A stretch of DNA of 64,000 nucleotides from Pocillopora damicornis (Eukaryota). Below, in pieces: positions 15,301 through 28,686 of this stretch (position 1 is the stretch's first letter; the number at the start of each line of letters is the position of its first letter). The position numbers and the translations under genes were made by a program. The stretch covers positions 62,001 to 126,000 of the forward strand of contig NW_020843846.1 of the NCBI RefSeq assembly GCF_003704095.1, written 5' to 3'. The notes beneath the pieces were generated by a model, which had not been told where the DNA came from, searched no databases, and saw only the letters and a program-made list of their open reading frames with translations.

Positions 15301-18300
15301 CTTCCAGACTACCCTCTGGGATGGGTACACGTGGGTATCACGTGGAGTAATCAATGGGGATTGCGCTTCTATCAGAATGGCGTTCTCACAGTCGAGTCAA
15401 CCAGTCCTGCACGACTTCTTTACGCAACTGAGAGTACCTTCCCACGGTTTTATATCGGAAGGGAGTCAACTACTTCTCCTTTAAAGAGAACACATAATCT
15501 GCAGATTTCCGACCTAAGAATCTGGGAGTCGGTCATTCCACCAGAAAAAATGGAAGACATGCAAGCATGCTCAGGTAATTAGAAGCGAATTTAAAATTCA
15601 GGATATCAAATGTATCAGAAATCATGTACTTAATATATGGTTTAATTGTTTTACCCACGGCTGAGAGTCACAATGAATTATTGTAGAAGTCAAGATGGAT
15701 TTCTAGTTTCGCGTACGTTTTCTGCACGCAAGACAGGCGTAACCAATTCGATTGCCGAGTACAAATCTCTACCGCGCGTTGTTTAGCAAAATCATGCAAG
15801 CCTTTGGCAAAGGCAAGAAAACAACACAAAGCCTGAAAGAGGCATAAAACGGTAAATGACAAAATGTCAGCATCACTTTTCTTGCTTTCCGCGGTAATTA
15901 TCTCTGATGTTTTTTTTAGGAAGATAAGTTCGGTTTTATCAACTGAACCGATAATGTACATTGGCCACCGCAAAGAGTTTCAAAGTTGATGTTTCGGGCG
16001 TGATGGAGGGCTAATGCTCGAAACGTCAGCTTTGAAACTCTTAACGGAGGCCAACTTACATTATCAACTCAGTTGATGAAACCAAATTATCTTGTTGTAC
16101 TCTTCCACCGACGCAGCACCACAGTTTCTTTACAAACTAACCCCCTTTATTCGAATGTTTGTTATTTCGTAAATTTAGCAATTGGATAACAGCTGACATT
16201 ACCACTAACATGCCAACTAAAATCCTCAGATTTTGAGCTTAAAATTGGTAAGCTGATTATATAGCGCGTTTTTTTTCCCGCTGAAACCTTTAGGATGGTG
16301 TCAGGAACACTTGTGTACATACATCGTTATACAACTCAACTTTAAAATTCAGTGGGCTTAGAAACCTTTCATTTCGCGAAATATTTAATGAAACAGAAAT
16401 GCGCTTTCCATGTTAATACACGACCACAAAGCTTAACGATATTTACATTTCTTACTTTAAAAAACAGGATTAGTAAATGAGGAACAGGTCACCATTTATT
16501 AATTATTTATTTATTATTTATTTATAAGAGGAGGCAGGGAAAGATATGCTGAAAAGATTACAATTTCTATAAGCCGACCCCCCCAACCCCTCCCCCCCAG
16601 GCCATGATGTAATTAGCAGGTGACCCCTTCTTCTGTATTCAATATTAAGGTGATGACTCCCTTGTCACCTCAGACCTCCTCTCACATGCCTCGTAATTTT
16701 CAAAATTTAAGTCATATGCAACTTTAAGATGATTGCTTTGCGTGACACCCACCTTGGGTAATGGAGAACTCTTAAAATGTACCTCAGTCTTCTGAACCCC
16801 TAAATTTCTTTATATAAGTTTAGCCCCCCCCTCTTGCCAATCTGAAATAGCCTTGACCCTCCCCCCCCTTCTTTTTTCCTCCCTTTTTTACTTAAATAAT
16901 GACCGGTCCTTAAAGGGTGTACTCTGAACTAACAATTGGTTTGCAATCCATCCTCCATTTTACTATTGGCATCAGAAACTAGGAAGCTTTCCCTCCCTGA
17001 ACGCAAAACTGTTATGATTAAAGTTAAAATGCAAATGTAAGAGGTGAACGTTTCCTCAAACACTGATACAGTCAATATCACAATTATTACAGTAAGTAAA
17101 ATATTCCAGTCAAAAATCATGAATGATCCAAGCTCTAACATTTCTCTCTTAATAGCTCTTCCCTGGTACATGTGGAAAAATACTGGCAATTATGATTATC
17201 CATGGGAGCTAAAACGTGTTCCTCGGGAGAGTCCTGATGAGCAAAGGTTTGACGTAATACCCCAAGACACTAGTAAGTAAGGAAATCGTATCATAAACTG
17301 TCTCTTATTGGAGACAAAAACAACTCCAGAAACCATTTAATGTTCTTCGTCGCCAGAAAAAATTCACTCCTCTTCGCGTGTTGAGATTTTTAAAGATTGT
17401 GTTGAATATTCAACCATGGACACGACCTTTAGGTAACTTAGTAACCAGGCTGCGCACTCTTGGCGCTCCTGAACTCAAATAAGAAGGCGGAAATCAAAGC
17501 ACTCGTCTTACAAATACCAGCGAGATTGATAATCGCATTAAAATCTCTACCTGAAAAAAGTAGGCATCTGTGTCTAGCTCCTTATTGTTCAAAACGCCAC
17601 GAGTCGAAAAAAGAGAAGGGAGGATTTATCTAAGATATATTTGCAATGGTAACAACCATGGAGGAACTCGAAACACATCAGAGAACAGTTTACGAAAAAT
17701 TAGGCTTCTCTGTGGAATCTCGAAACAGGCAGGGGAGGCGGGGAAGGGGGGAGGGGAGGTAGCATGGTGAGAAAAAAAAGATGGATAAGGCAGAGGAGGC
17801 AACTGCGACGTTGGCTAGAAATCTGGTCTCTTCGTGCGAAAATATTTCGAAAATACATCCGACCAGGTATAAAACTTTGGATTAGAGAAATTCCATTCAT
17901 GTATCTGCAAAATATTATATCTCTCAATGTTATTTCTACAGAATACCACAACATGGGCTGTTTTAAAATAGGCTCCGGTCCACCGATACCAAGTCTGGAA
18001 GGTACAGACCCAATACTGAATGGCAACCACGTTTCCAGATTGGGTGCTGTACAAAAATGTCTTCACGCCGCGCGCAGGAAAGGAAACAAAATGTTCGCTG
18101 TAGCGAGTGGAGGGAAATGTTTGTCCGCAGCAGTCGAGTATTCTGATGTCGAGAAAAGCTATACTCAGACATCCCACGGTTGCAAAAATGGCAAAGGAGC
18201 AACTAATTACATGAATATTTACATAGTTAAAGGTATGTGGGGCTAAGCTTGGCGCTTCGCGATTGGACGTTTGGTTTGGCTGTAATCTACTGCAAGGCCT

Positions 18301-21300
18301 GCTAACTATTAAAAGTGAATTGTTGCTTGAATCGATCGTTATTTATCGCCGATTATTGTCTTCTTTGTTGGAAAATGAAAGTTTAAATCTTTTCAAACGT
18401 GCTAAGGACTAAACAGCCATCTCGAATGAACCCTTTATGCTTTGGAAGTGTGTCGGTCAGTTGAAAATATCTCGAGTCACTAGGAATAGTAATCAATTTC
18501 TCAGGCCTGACGCACGGTAAAATATCATTATCATTTATTTAGCGTCGTCTACCCGGTGACCCCTAGTCCATAACTTTCATTAGGAACCTCGAGCTCAAAT
18601 ATTCAGAACGAAGTGTAATAGAAATGTATGATGCAGTCATTTTTCATACAACCATCGCATAACGAATGGCTTGAGAAACGAAAACAAAACATTATCTTTG
18701 TGATAGGCAGTTCCCTACTCACAAATAACTCAAATGTTTTAGCTCAGATCACTCACAGCTATCAAAAGATAGTATTTGGCTTATAAAGGATTCAACTCTC
18801 CCAAGATTGTTTTGATGGGAAAGTCATTAAAATATATTCTGGTGAGACCTAACCTTTGAAAGCAGAAGATTAAAATCGCATGCGATGGGCAGTAGTCGTG
18901 TATGCCCGTTAGCAATTTTTAACCAAGCTATAATGGAACTATGACAAAGAACTTCAATTGAATATTCCTGGGCGAAGCTACCTTCAGCGAAGAGTTTTTT
19001 TCGTTTTCAGACAGTAACAACGCGGCTTTCAAGAAACCTACAGCCCAATCAGGCACAATTAAAGCTTCCTCCTTTGCAACAGATGGCAGTCATTACAATA
19101 TAAACACAGAGAAATGCACTAAAACAACTTCACAGAAGGACCCATGGTGGCGAGTGGATTTGGAAAGAGAAGTTTTAGTTCATGACGTATATATCTACAA
19201 ACACTCTTATGTATCAGTGAACTACTTGCTTCAGATAAGAGTAGGAAATCACGACAACCCCAATCTAAAGAAGAACTCACCGTGTGGGGGATCTTTTAGA
19301 TTTAAACAGTTGCATTGGAAAAGAATTCGTTGCCCCTCGCCTCTGAAGGGAAGATTTGTTAGCATAACAAGGATTGTTGGTAATGGCATCTTGAAATTAT
19401 GCGAAGTTGAAGTTCGAGAAGAGGGTAAGTTTCACCAACATTCATATCAAATTTGCAGTTTCCAAAATGTTTGACCAAATTGCACTGAGACAAAACCACA
19501 AACATTTAAATTTGATTAAATGGTCAATAGTTTGTTACGCCAATAGCGTGAACAGTGGGAAAGCAGGTCTAAGAGGTAAGAAAAAGAAATATTCAGCCCT
19601 ACAAGTTGTTTTTGTTTTCCGGTTCGATGCAAGGATAAAAGAAAGGTGGAGATAAGATACTTCTTGGTAAGAAGGGGAATAGGCTGAAACGAAACAAACC
19701 TCTCTCGACGCGTTTCGTCGGATCTTTCCCGCTCTTTCTCGTGTCAAAAAAAGGTTGCTCCAGTTCAGGCCAATGCGCAGACGCAAGCTGTGTTGTGGTA
19801 AGAAAGGGAAGCAGCTAGGTCGAGAAGCACCAACCTCGGCCGCGGTTCTTCCGGATCTCATTACTCGCCTCATTTTTACTCGTATTTTCTTTTGAGAAAA
19901 ACAAATTACTAAAAGTCCTGGAAAATAAGCATTTAAGATTAATTAGTGCAAAAGAAACGCTTTCAAAAATTAATTCTTGTCTGTCCTGCTTGCATGACAT
20001 AATGCAAAACATTGCTAATTAAATTGATATAATTTTGATACTTTTCTCTCTTATTGTTCAGCAACAGGCTACGTGCAAGCAAGCATGTCCTACCCTCGTC
20101 AAAGAACGACTCTCTCAGCTCTTGAGAGTAATTATCTTGCGGGAACAGTGAATTGCTTAAGCTTTCATTACAGCATGTCAGGAGAAAATGCTAGTAGACT
20201 GAATATTTTTACTGTCGACCAAGAGAACACGATATCTTTACGATGGCGACTTGTTGGTGATCAAGGAAACCAGTGGAAATTTGCTCAAGTTACCCTTAAT
20301 GCAGTCCACGGTTTCAAGGTGATTAGTAGAATTTGTTGTCGTTGACAAAAATGATGATGGTGATAAGGATGATAATGGCGATAATGCTGATGCCATTAAT
20401 GATTAGTAATGTGACAGAAACGGGTGATGACGACAATGAGTAAAGTGACTATGGCGTAGGTTAAAACCACTATGACTCGTCATCCACTTCAAAGCGACCA
20501 CCAAAATCCTCTGCATCGTTCCAATGTCTGAACGACACAACTTGCTTAAATGGGGAAGAGTTAAAGAGGAAATATGTTATTACTTTGGCACAAAAAATTA
20601 TTTGGATGGGTTACGTTTCTTCATTGTGAAAAAATAAAATGGAAAAATTGACTTAAAGGAATCATTCTTGGCTAAAAAGCTGAACGTTTGTGCGTACGTT
20701 TGTACGTACGTTTGTACGTATGTTTGTGCGCACGTTTGTACATGTCTTTCGACCTCTAGGAAATGATACCTACGTATCGTTAAATTTCAGTTCATCACAC
20801 AGCAAACAAATGATGGCATAAGTTAAACTTATCAGCAATAAGGAGTTTATAAAAAAGTAAATGGTAATGCTTGTTGCTTCGATGCATTATTAAACATTAT
20901 CTTTTTATTTATTGTCCTCATGACAGATCAAGTTTGAAGCTCTAAGTGATGGCGGGATCGGTGGGAAGATTGGGATTCGAAACATAAAAGCGGGATTGAA
21001 CTCCAGCTGTACGTGCATTCCAACTGAAGCCTGCCCGAAGATCACAGGTGAAGTTGCATTGCCCCTGTGCATGCATGTACACGTGCCAAGCATCAGTAAG
21101 AATATTTACTTGGAATACAAATTCATGCCGTATTAAGCGCGTCACGCGGTTTTTTTAACAAACATTCCACGAGTGTTGTTGAATGGGACATGTTTGATAG
21201 CCAACCAGAGCGTTGACGCCAAATTGCGAGCATCAATGGCGACCACAGTAATTCCACACACGTCGCTAGTTTTGATTTGCTAGGAAATTTGGTTAAGCCA

Positions 21301-24300
21301 TTCTATAGTGTCTTTTAAAGCAGGCTAAACAATAAAAAAGCCTCAATTTGAACTTTCCAATAACGTAGTTTCAATAATGATGAACATCATACGCAGAAGA
21401 AAAAAAGCTATAAAGCTGTCAAAGCATGACCTATGCGCTGTACCCTTGGGTGATCACACTCCTCGGGTCACAGCTAAATGAGACATGCCAAGTTGATAGT
21501 CTGCTTGATCAAACTTACTTTGTTCTTAGGATTCCACTCAGCCATGATCAGCCACGCTCCTAGTTACCAGGACATGTTAATGAAGTGGCTTTCCGAGGCA
21601 GGGTATGGAGAGAAGTACTGGGTTCCATGCTACAGAGCCCATGTCAATGGATGGCAAAAACTCGTCTTTCACCAAATGTGTGATAATAGAGGCCCCTCTG
21701 TCACTATAGCCAGAATAGATTCATTTGTGTTTGGGGGATTCTCTGATAAAAGCTGGAAAAGTGAGCAACAATTTATCAGCCATTTTGTATCTATGTTGGT
21801 AAACTAGGTTAAATTAACGTGGCATAACTGTACTTCTCTTTTTCATCATTCGCTTTGTATGTATAAAAGCTATCTCTCGTAATGCCATCGGCTCAGTTGA
21901 GTGCAAAGATTTCAAACGCATCAATCACGACTCCAACTTGCCCTCAAAAATTGTTCTATTTTGTCTTAATGGAGCACAGTTCTACTAAGTCCAAGCACAC
22001 ATAACAGTTGATTAGGGCTCGAGGCCAGGTGCGGAATTTTGTCAGAGGAACATTAGAATTGAACTCCTAAATTGAACTCCAGAATCTCAAAGCATTATAT
22101 TTGGGTCAAAATATATTGGCACTCCATCAACAGATATTTTTTACATCATCTACTGACACTCGTTTTGTTCCAGGTTTCCATCCCTATAAAGTATTTCCGT
22201 CTAGCAACGCATTCCTCTTCAGCTTAAAACCTTTCAGCGATAAGCCAAAGAAGCTAGACGTGTTACTGGAAAAAAGACATCAAGCCTTACATATCCACAG
22301 ATATAAAGGGCCGTGCTGGGGGGAGGAGAGACAAGAACTTTGTTTCAACGACCAGAATGTCGCAACGGGAATCATTATCGGTGGAGTATTTAACGTCAGT
22401 GGAATTACTGATGCAACTGTCAGTAAATATTTTACCGGACAAACGTCTTTCCAGGCTGATGATCTTCAGGTTTTTGTAATTGGAGGTAGGCAACAAAGCA
22501 TCCGAATCGAATGCGTAACCGCTCCAGCTATGCCAGATAATTCTTCGGATAAAAATTAATGCCTAACCAGTAACCACAAACCTAAGGAGGAGAATATGCT
22601 GCCTTTCCCGTGCCATCCTCAAATGGGTAGACATTCAAGTCTTTCCGGATAAGGAAAATAAACGCTGGGCCTCTTCTCCTGTAGCTTCTCTGTACTGGTT
22701 AGCAAGGGATATTTAAGGACCCACACACTTCTTGCGAAGACCATGTAACGTAACTCCCGGTGTTGTGATCTGGCCTGTGCTTTTTATATACAGGCCCCCA
22801 CTTAACAGAGTTTTAAATCCCGTCCAAACATCGCAGATTAATAAGTTGCCTGAGAATATCTTCATAAAATAAGATATAATCTCTTGCACGAGGCCATCTA
22901 TTGCTGGACAAATTGGTTCTCGTTCTTACCTCTATGATCTGGGTAAAACCCCTATACAGCACCATTTAAAAGTAGAGGTCCTGTAATAGTTCTACGCCGT
23001 CAAGGAGATAGTGACATGAATATTTCATAACTGAAGGCAAGCATTAATTTCACAGCTTTTCTCTCTGCATGCACACTCGTGGTAAAGTAAATCAACTCAA
23101 TCTCAAATCAATTTACACGTAGATTCTTTATGCGATCCACCTTGTTGGGAAGGAGAAAGCTGTGATGAAATTGCAGGAAAATGCATTTGTGACCCGACCA
23201 GGAGAGAAGAAGAGATGTGCAGAAGGAAGCAAGGTGAACCGAATGGGTCATTCACAATCACACATAACTCTTTTTTTTTTCCTTTGACTAGTTTCGATCC
23301 TTCGTTTTCCATATTTTGTGACTTAAATTCCTGATCACTAGCGTAATGTTGTGGCCACAACATTTGTATAATTCCGAAAGCCCAAACGAACAACTACGAA
23401 GTTTTTTCAAGTATTTAACGTAAGATTTGCTTTTATCTTCCACCTCTGACACCTACTTGTATTATGCAATGGAAAGTAACGTAAGATTTGCTTTTATCCT
23501 CCTACTCTGACACCTACTTGCATTATGCAATGGAAAACACGTAATTCAATATCCAAAGGTACTAAGCACCGATTATCAGGTCTTTTTAATTAGCGACAGA
23601 GTATAAAATGTGATATTTACCTAAAATTCAAATTTGCGATACAAAAGCTTTATATTATTTTTTCTGATATTAATAAATCAAAGAATGCAACATTTCTATC
23701 AGAATTCTCTTTCAGGGTGTTAAATGAAAAATAAAAGAGCAACTGTGTACCCCCAAAAGGGGAGTCTAGAACCACTGCATATGATTTTACGCCATAGCCT
23801 GTTATCTCATCAATGTTAGGTACATTATTTGCCATAAATGACTTATCGTTCACTTCTATTTGTGGTTCAATTATTTCTATTTCTGTCCCGCATTAGAGTT
23901 GCGACAACTAAGGGACAAGAACTGCAAGGAACGATGGGAACATCAAAGGCCAATCAGCTGTTCAGGTCGATTATTTGCACGATACGACATCAGGCATACC
24001 GCTGACTCAGTGCGTAACTGGCGATGCTACTATGAAGATGCTCTAATCAGGGATAGAAGTCGATATGACACAATCAAGAAGTCAAATTGCTATCATACAG
24101 ATAGCGAACTTGAAAGCTTCACAAGTGAAGGTGAATGTAAAGATATGAAGTTATTGCTACAGTACTCAAACTGTATTATGACTGATGCTTACAGATTCTG
24201 ATCAAGTACATAGTCAATACCAATGAATTTAAAGTAAAACCAATAACACGCCGAATTTCTTTGTAAAAACTTGACAAAAGTCTCTCGACGAGCCATGATT

Positions 24301-27300
24301 TATCATACAAAAATTTTAAAAAAGGAACAGAGTACTTAAAATTGCTACCCTCCCTAGTCTATATAGGATAGCATTGTGGCGTCGTATATCATATTCATCA
24401 TTTAGGTTGTTGCTAGACCCTTGCAATCCTTACTGATATCACATGATTTCTTTCCAGAAGACTATTCTAAGAAAAAAATGAACTGAGCTCTGTCAAGTGA
24501 CGACTCTATCTGTTAGAATTTTAGTAATGAAACCCATACCAGGCGCAGTCATAGGCTTAAGCTTCTTGAACCTTACTGTAAGAAAGACGTCTTCAAATTT
24601 TCATTTTTACTTTTGCATTTTGTAAGTGGTTGGTGTGTTGTCTAACCGGCTATTGCCGACCTAATTGAGATGTCGATGAAGGTAATGCGGTTATCACTGG
24701 TGTCTCGAAATTGAACTAAGTTCTGTATCACGAACCACTCGTTACAATTATTCACAAAAATGTAAACAGATTGATTCACTATGTTCCGGTCGTTTGCAGA
24801 TGCCGGTTGTCGTCCCCTGGGTATGGAGAGTGGAAGCATACTTGACTCGCAGATCACGGGCTCGTCTGAATTCGCCCCTTCATCTCATCACGGGGCTCCC
24901 AACGCACGGCTGAACAATGCTGCTAACGCTTGTGCCTGGGCGGCACGCAGAAATGATGTCAACCAGTGGTTGCAAATCGATTTTCTAGTTAAAACAACAG
25001 TATCCAAAGTGGCCACTCAAGGAAGGAAAACCTACCCTCAATGGGTGAAGAGTTATTCCTTGTCTCATAGCTTGGATGGAACGAACTTCGTGGAACATAG
25101 AAAGTGCGGTACAAATGAGGTGAGCCCGACTGACGTAAAATCCAATATGTAAAGGGAAATATTCGAGTCAGGCATTGACCAACCACCAAGTCATTTATTC
25201 TGAAAATTACCTTGTTTACTTTTTCGTTGTTATAATGGCCCAAGGTCATCGAGGCGTATAAAAAAAGCATAAACGAACATGGCCGATATTAAACTTTCTC
25301 AACTGAGCATGGTCAGTCTAAAGGGACTTTAAAAACAATCGCGACGGCGATGGCGATGGCGATGACAGGGTGACGATACATCAGATTTAATGAACTGAAG
25401 AGTAGCTCAGCACGCACGTTTTGCAACTTTTTTCATTTCCTTCCAAAACAAGAACTGAGATCGCATAACTTTGCAAATTCTGAGAACGGGACCACTAACG
25501 GCAATTTTTGGATCAATATCAGTATCTGAGCAACTGCCCACCTACCCCTCCCCTAACTCAACAACAGTTAATGTTAAAGTTGGGTTAGGGGAGGGGTAGG
25601 TGGGTAGTTGCCCAGATACTGATATTGATCCCAAATTTTCCTAGTATTGTACTTCGAACCCTACACCCCATTCCCCTTTCATATTGAGGAGGACACTTGG
25701 CGTCGTTAGAGAAACTTATCACATCCTACTACTCCTAAACTATCTAAGAGGAAAAATTTTTTTTTAAAGTGATATTTTCCCAGGTTTCGTCGTCTAAACC
25801 TCTTTAACTCCATGCGACAACAACGTGTGACCAAAAGATATTCGTGACATCTTTTTTGTCCTTAAACTTTCAGTGAAACTAATCAATTGCATTGTTTGAC
25901 AGATTTTTAACGCCAACTGGGATGAGAACACTGTTGTGTATAACACAATCAATCCAGTCATCTTCGCGCGTTACATCCGGGTTATGCCGAAGACTTGGAA
26001 GTCACACATATCCATGAGGGTGGAGTTTTATGATTGCGGCGGTAACTACATTTGATTCACTTTATACGAAATACTGTGGTGGATTCATCGATCCTTTTGA
26101 ACTTATCCGTCCCCTTTTTTCATCTGACGAGCATAGCCATTTGGAACGAAAATATGCACGGATATTTATCAGCCGACATAGTCCGTTGAAAGATGCAAAC
26201 AGTTTTCCGAGAGCTAAGCTCTGCAAAAAGAAAGGGCGGGGGCTGAGAAGATCAGATAGTGTCCGAGGGCAAATACACGATATCTTTACGCTAAATGGAA
26301 GCTTTTGTGTCTATCATCCCTCAAACATTTTTCAACGCGCGGCATTTATTATTACACTAATATGTCAGTATGTAGCTTTAGAAAAACTCCCGCTGTTTTG
26401 TCTAAGCATCGTATCGGCATAAGGCGTATGCGAAAGAAGAAAACAACACAAACGAAATCATTATAGTGTTCTTTGTGTCAACAAAATAACCTGATGCGCT
26501 CAAAGTTCGTTTCCTTAAAATACAAGTCTAAAAAAATTGAAGTTTGGATGGTTTGGTACGCCATTTTGTTGCTCCGCTTTCCTTGCACCTCCCATTTCCT
26601 TAATATGGCAAAATGCCGGGGTAAGGGAATAATTAATAATCATGATAATAGCGAAACTTTGTTTATGTTAGACAGAAAAACTGATAAACTTATAAACCGA
26701 AATGTGTTGTTATAATGCGAAAAATAAAGTTTCGTAGTACCAAAGAGTTTGTCTTTGCAATTACCAATACAGGGTCTGAATATAACGTTTTCAAGGCAGA
26801 TGAGTTGCTTGCACAAGCAGAGTACGTATGGACGTTTGACCACTTAAACGATATTAAAGACCTTCCGGGAAAAACTTGGGCTGAAAGGAGCGCCCTTTTA
26901 CAATCAACCACTGGTGTGCGAGGCAGAGCTGTTTCAACTGCTGGCGGAGCTGGACCAATCAGATTACACGACGACTCAGAAAAATCATATCTCGTTTGGC
27001 CACTTAAGAGCGCCCAAGTAACGGTAGCTCTGTGGCTTCTGTACCATAGCAAAGTTCCCCCCGACTTCCAAACTTTCCTGGCTTCGGCAGAAGAAGTGTC
27101 AGGTGGAAGAGGGATTCATCTCTTCCAGATGGACGGGAGCAAGGAGGAACTGACATTTCGAGTGACGGTCGGAAATGGGCGATGTTTCGTAAAGTTTCAT
27201 GCCCCTCAAGGAGTCTGGACTCATTGGGTATTCACATGGAAAAAAGTGAATAATAAACTATCTGAGGACATGACTGTGTATCGTAATGGGAAAGCAGTTG

Positions 27301-28649
27301 ATGATTTGCTTCAGAATACTTGTGAGGCCCGTAACTATCCGGAGATAACCAACTTTGACTTCACAATAGGTTCTCACACTTTACCGAAAGCGTCTTTTGA
27401 TGACATCATTGTTTGGTTAAAATTGCTTTCCACGTCGGAGGTGGAAGAGTTGTTCAGTTACTACGAAGGTAAGGATGGTCTCAACTACTACATTTCCCTG
27501 TTATAAAGAGCCAAAAGTCTATCAAGGTAGTCGGTAGAACGTCGGAGCCAGTTTTTAAAAACTGACTTGTCAGCCCTTCTCGCAAAAAAGAAGTAAGGAA
27601 ATCGTCGGATTGGGAAAGAGGTTAACGCAAATTTTCTAAACCAATCACAGATTGTAAAGAGGCGTAACCAATGCAACCCTGGAGGACAAATGACTTTTAA
27701 TCGCAATTTTTTCATCACTGATGCTCATGTGCAAAGTGCATTCCGCCCATAATGGTTGTTTTCTGACGCTATTCTGTGATCTTATATAGGCAGAGCCAAT
27801 CTTCACGTGAATGTGAGTTTGGAATTGACTGATGAAGAATTTAACCTCGAGTATAGGAATATTACTTCTGAAATTTTCAAGCACACATCCACTTGGATAG
27901 AGAGTCAGGTAAGGAGATATTTCAGTTAGCAAGACATGAGTGTAAAACTCACAAAATCTGGAACAAAGAAGATATCCATCGATTTCGTGTACAGTAACCA
28001 GTTGTCTAGTGTCTTTCCTTAACCTTTTCACCCCTAGGGAGGTATCACTGGAAAATTTTGTTTTTATAAACTGAATTAATAATGTGAATTTGCCACCATA
28101 AAGAGAATCTAAAGCTGACGTTCAGAGCACGAGCTTTTCGTCAGAGCGAACTTTCTGCTGTTCGCCTGCCGCTCGCTCTGAGAGGAACCAACTAAGTTAA
28201 CATTCTCAAATTATAGTCAATTGTCCCCAACGGTAGGCGTATCATTATTTTTTCAAAAATTTCTTAGTTTCTCTGTAAGAATTTGACAGAAGTAGACAAT
28301 AAACCTAGAAACGAAGTAACCTGGAGTATAATCAATGGTATTTTCGCAATTTGAAACACATTACACGTGGAATGAATGCTCAGTATTGACTGATACACTT
28401 CATGTTTTCCTTTCTCGCAGGTTATGAGCCTCCATCAGAACAATTCGTTGTTATCAGTGGATAACTTTGTGTTTTGGTAATAACTATCCGCCTATTACAA
28501 ACATCTTAATTACCGTAGATAATTGAGAGAATGATAACAAAAGCTCTCTGTTTGGTGTGATAAAATTGCACAACGTAACATCTCATATCATATGGACCGA
28601 GAGGCATTGCGGTCAATAATTTTCCAACAATTTTTTTAGCCAAATGGAT

Positions 28650-28686
<37 letters not shown>

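Noticed and set aside
28421-28464. Apparent terminal exon GYEPPSEQFVVISG* that would end the upstream gene
   Set aside because: It arises only if exon 33 (27790-27908) is missed. With exon 33 included, this exon is read in phase 0, stays open and completes the SEA-like domain. Skipping of exon 33 remains formally possible.
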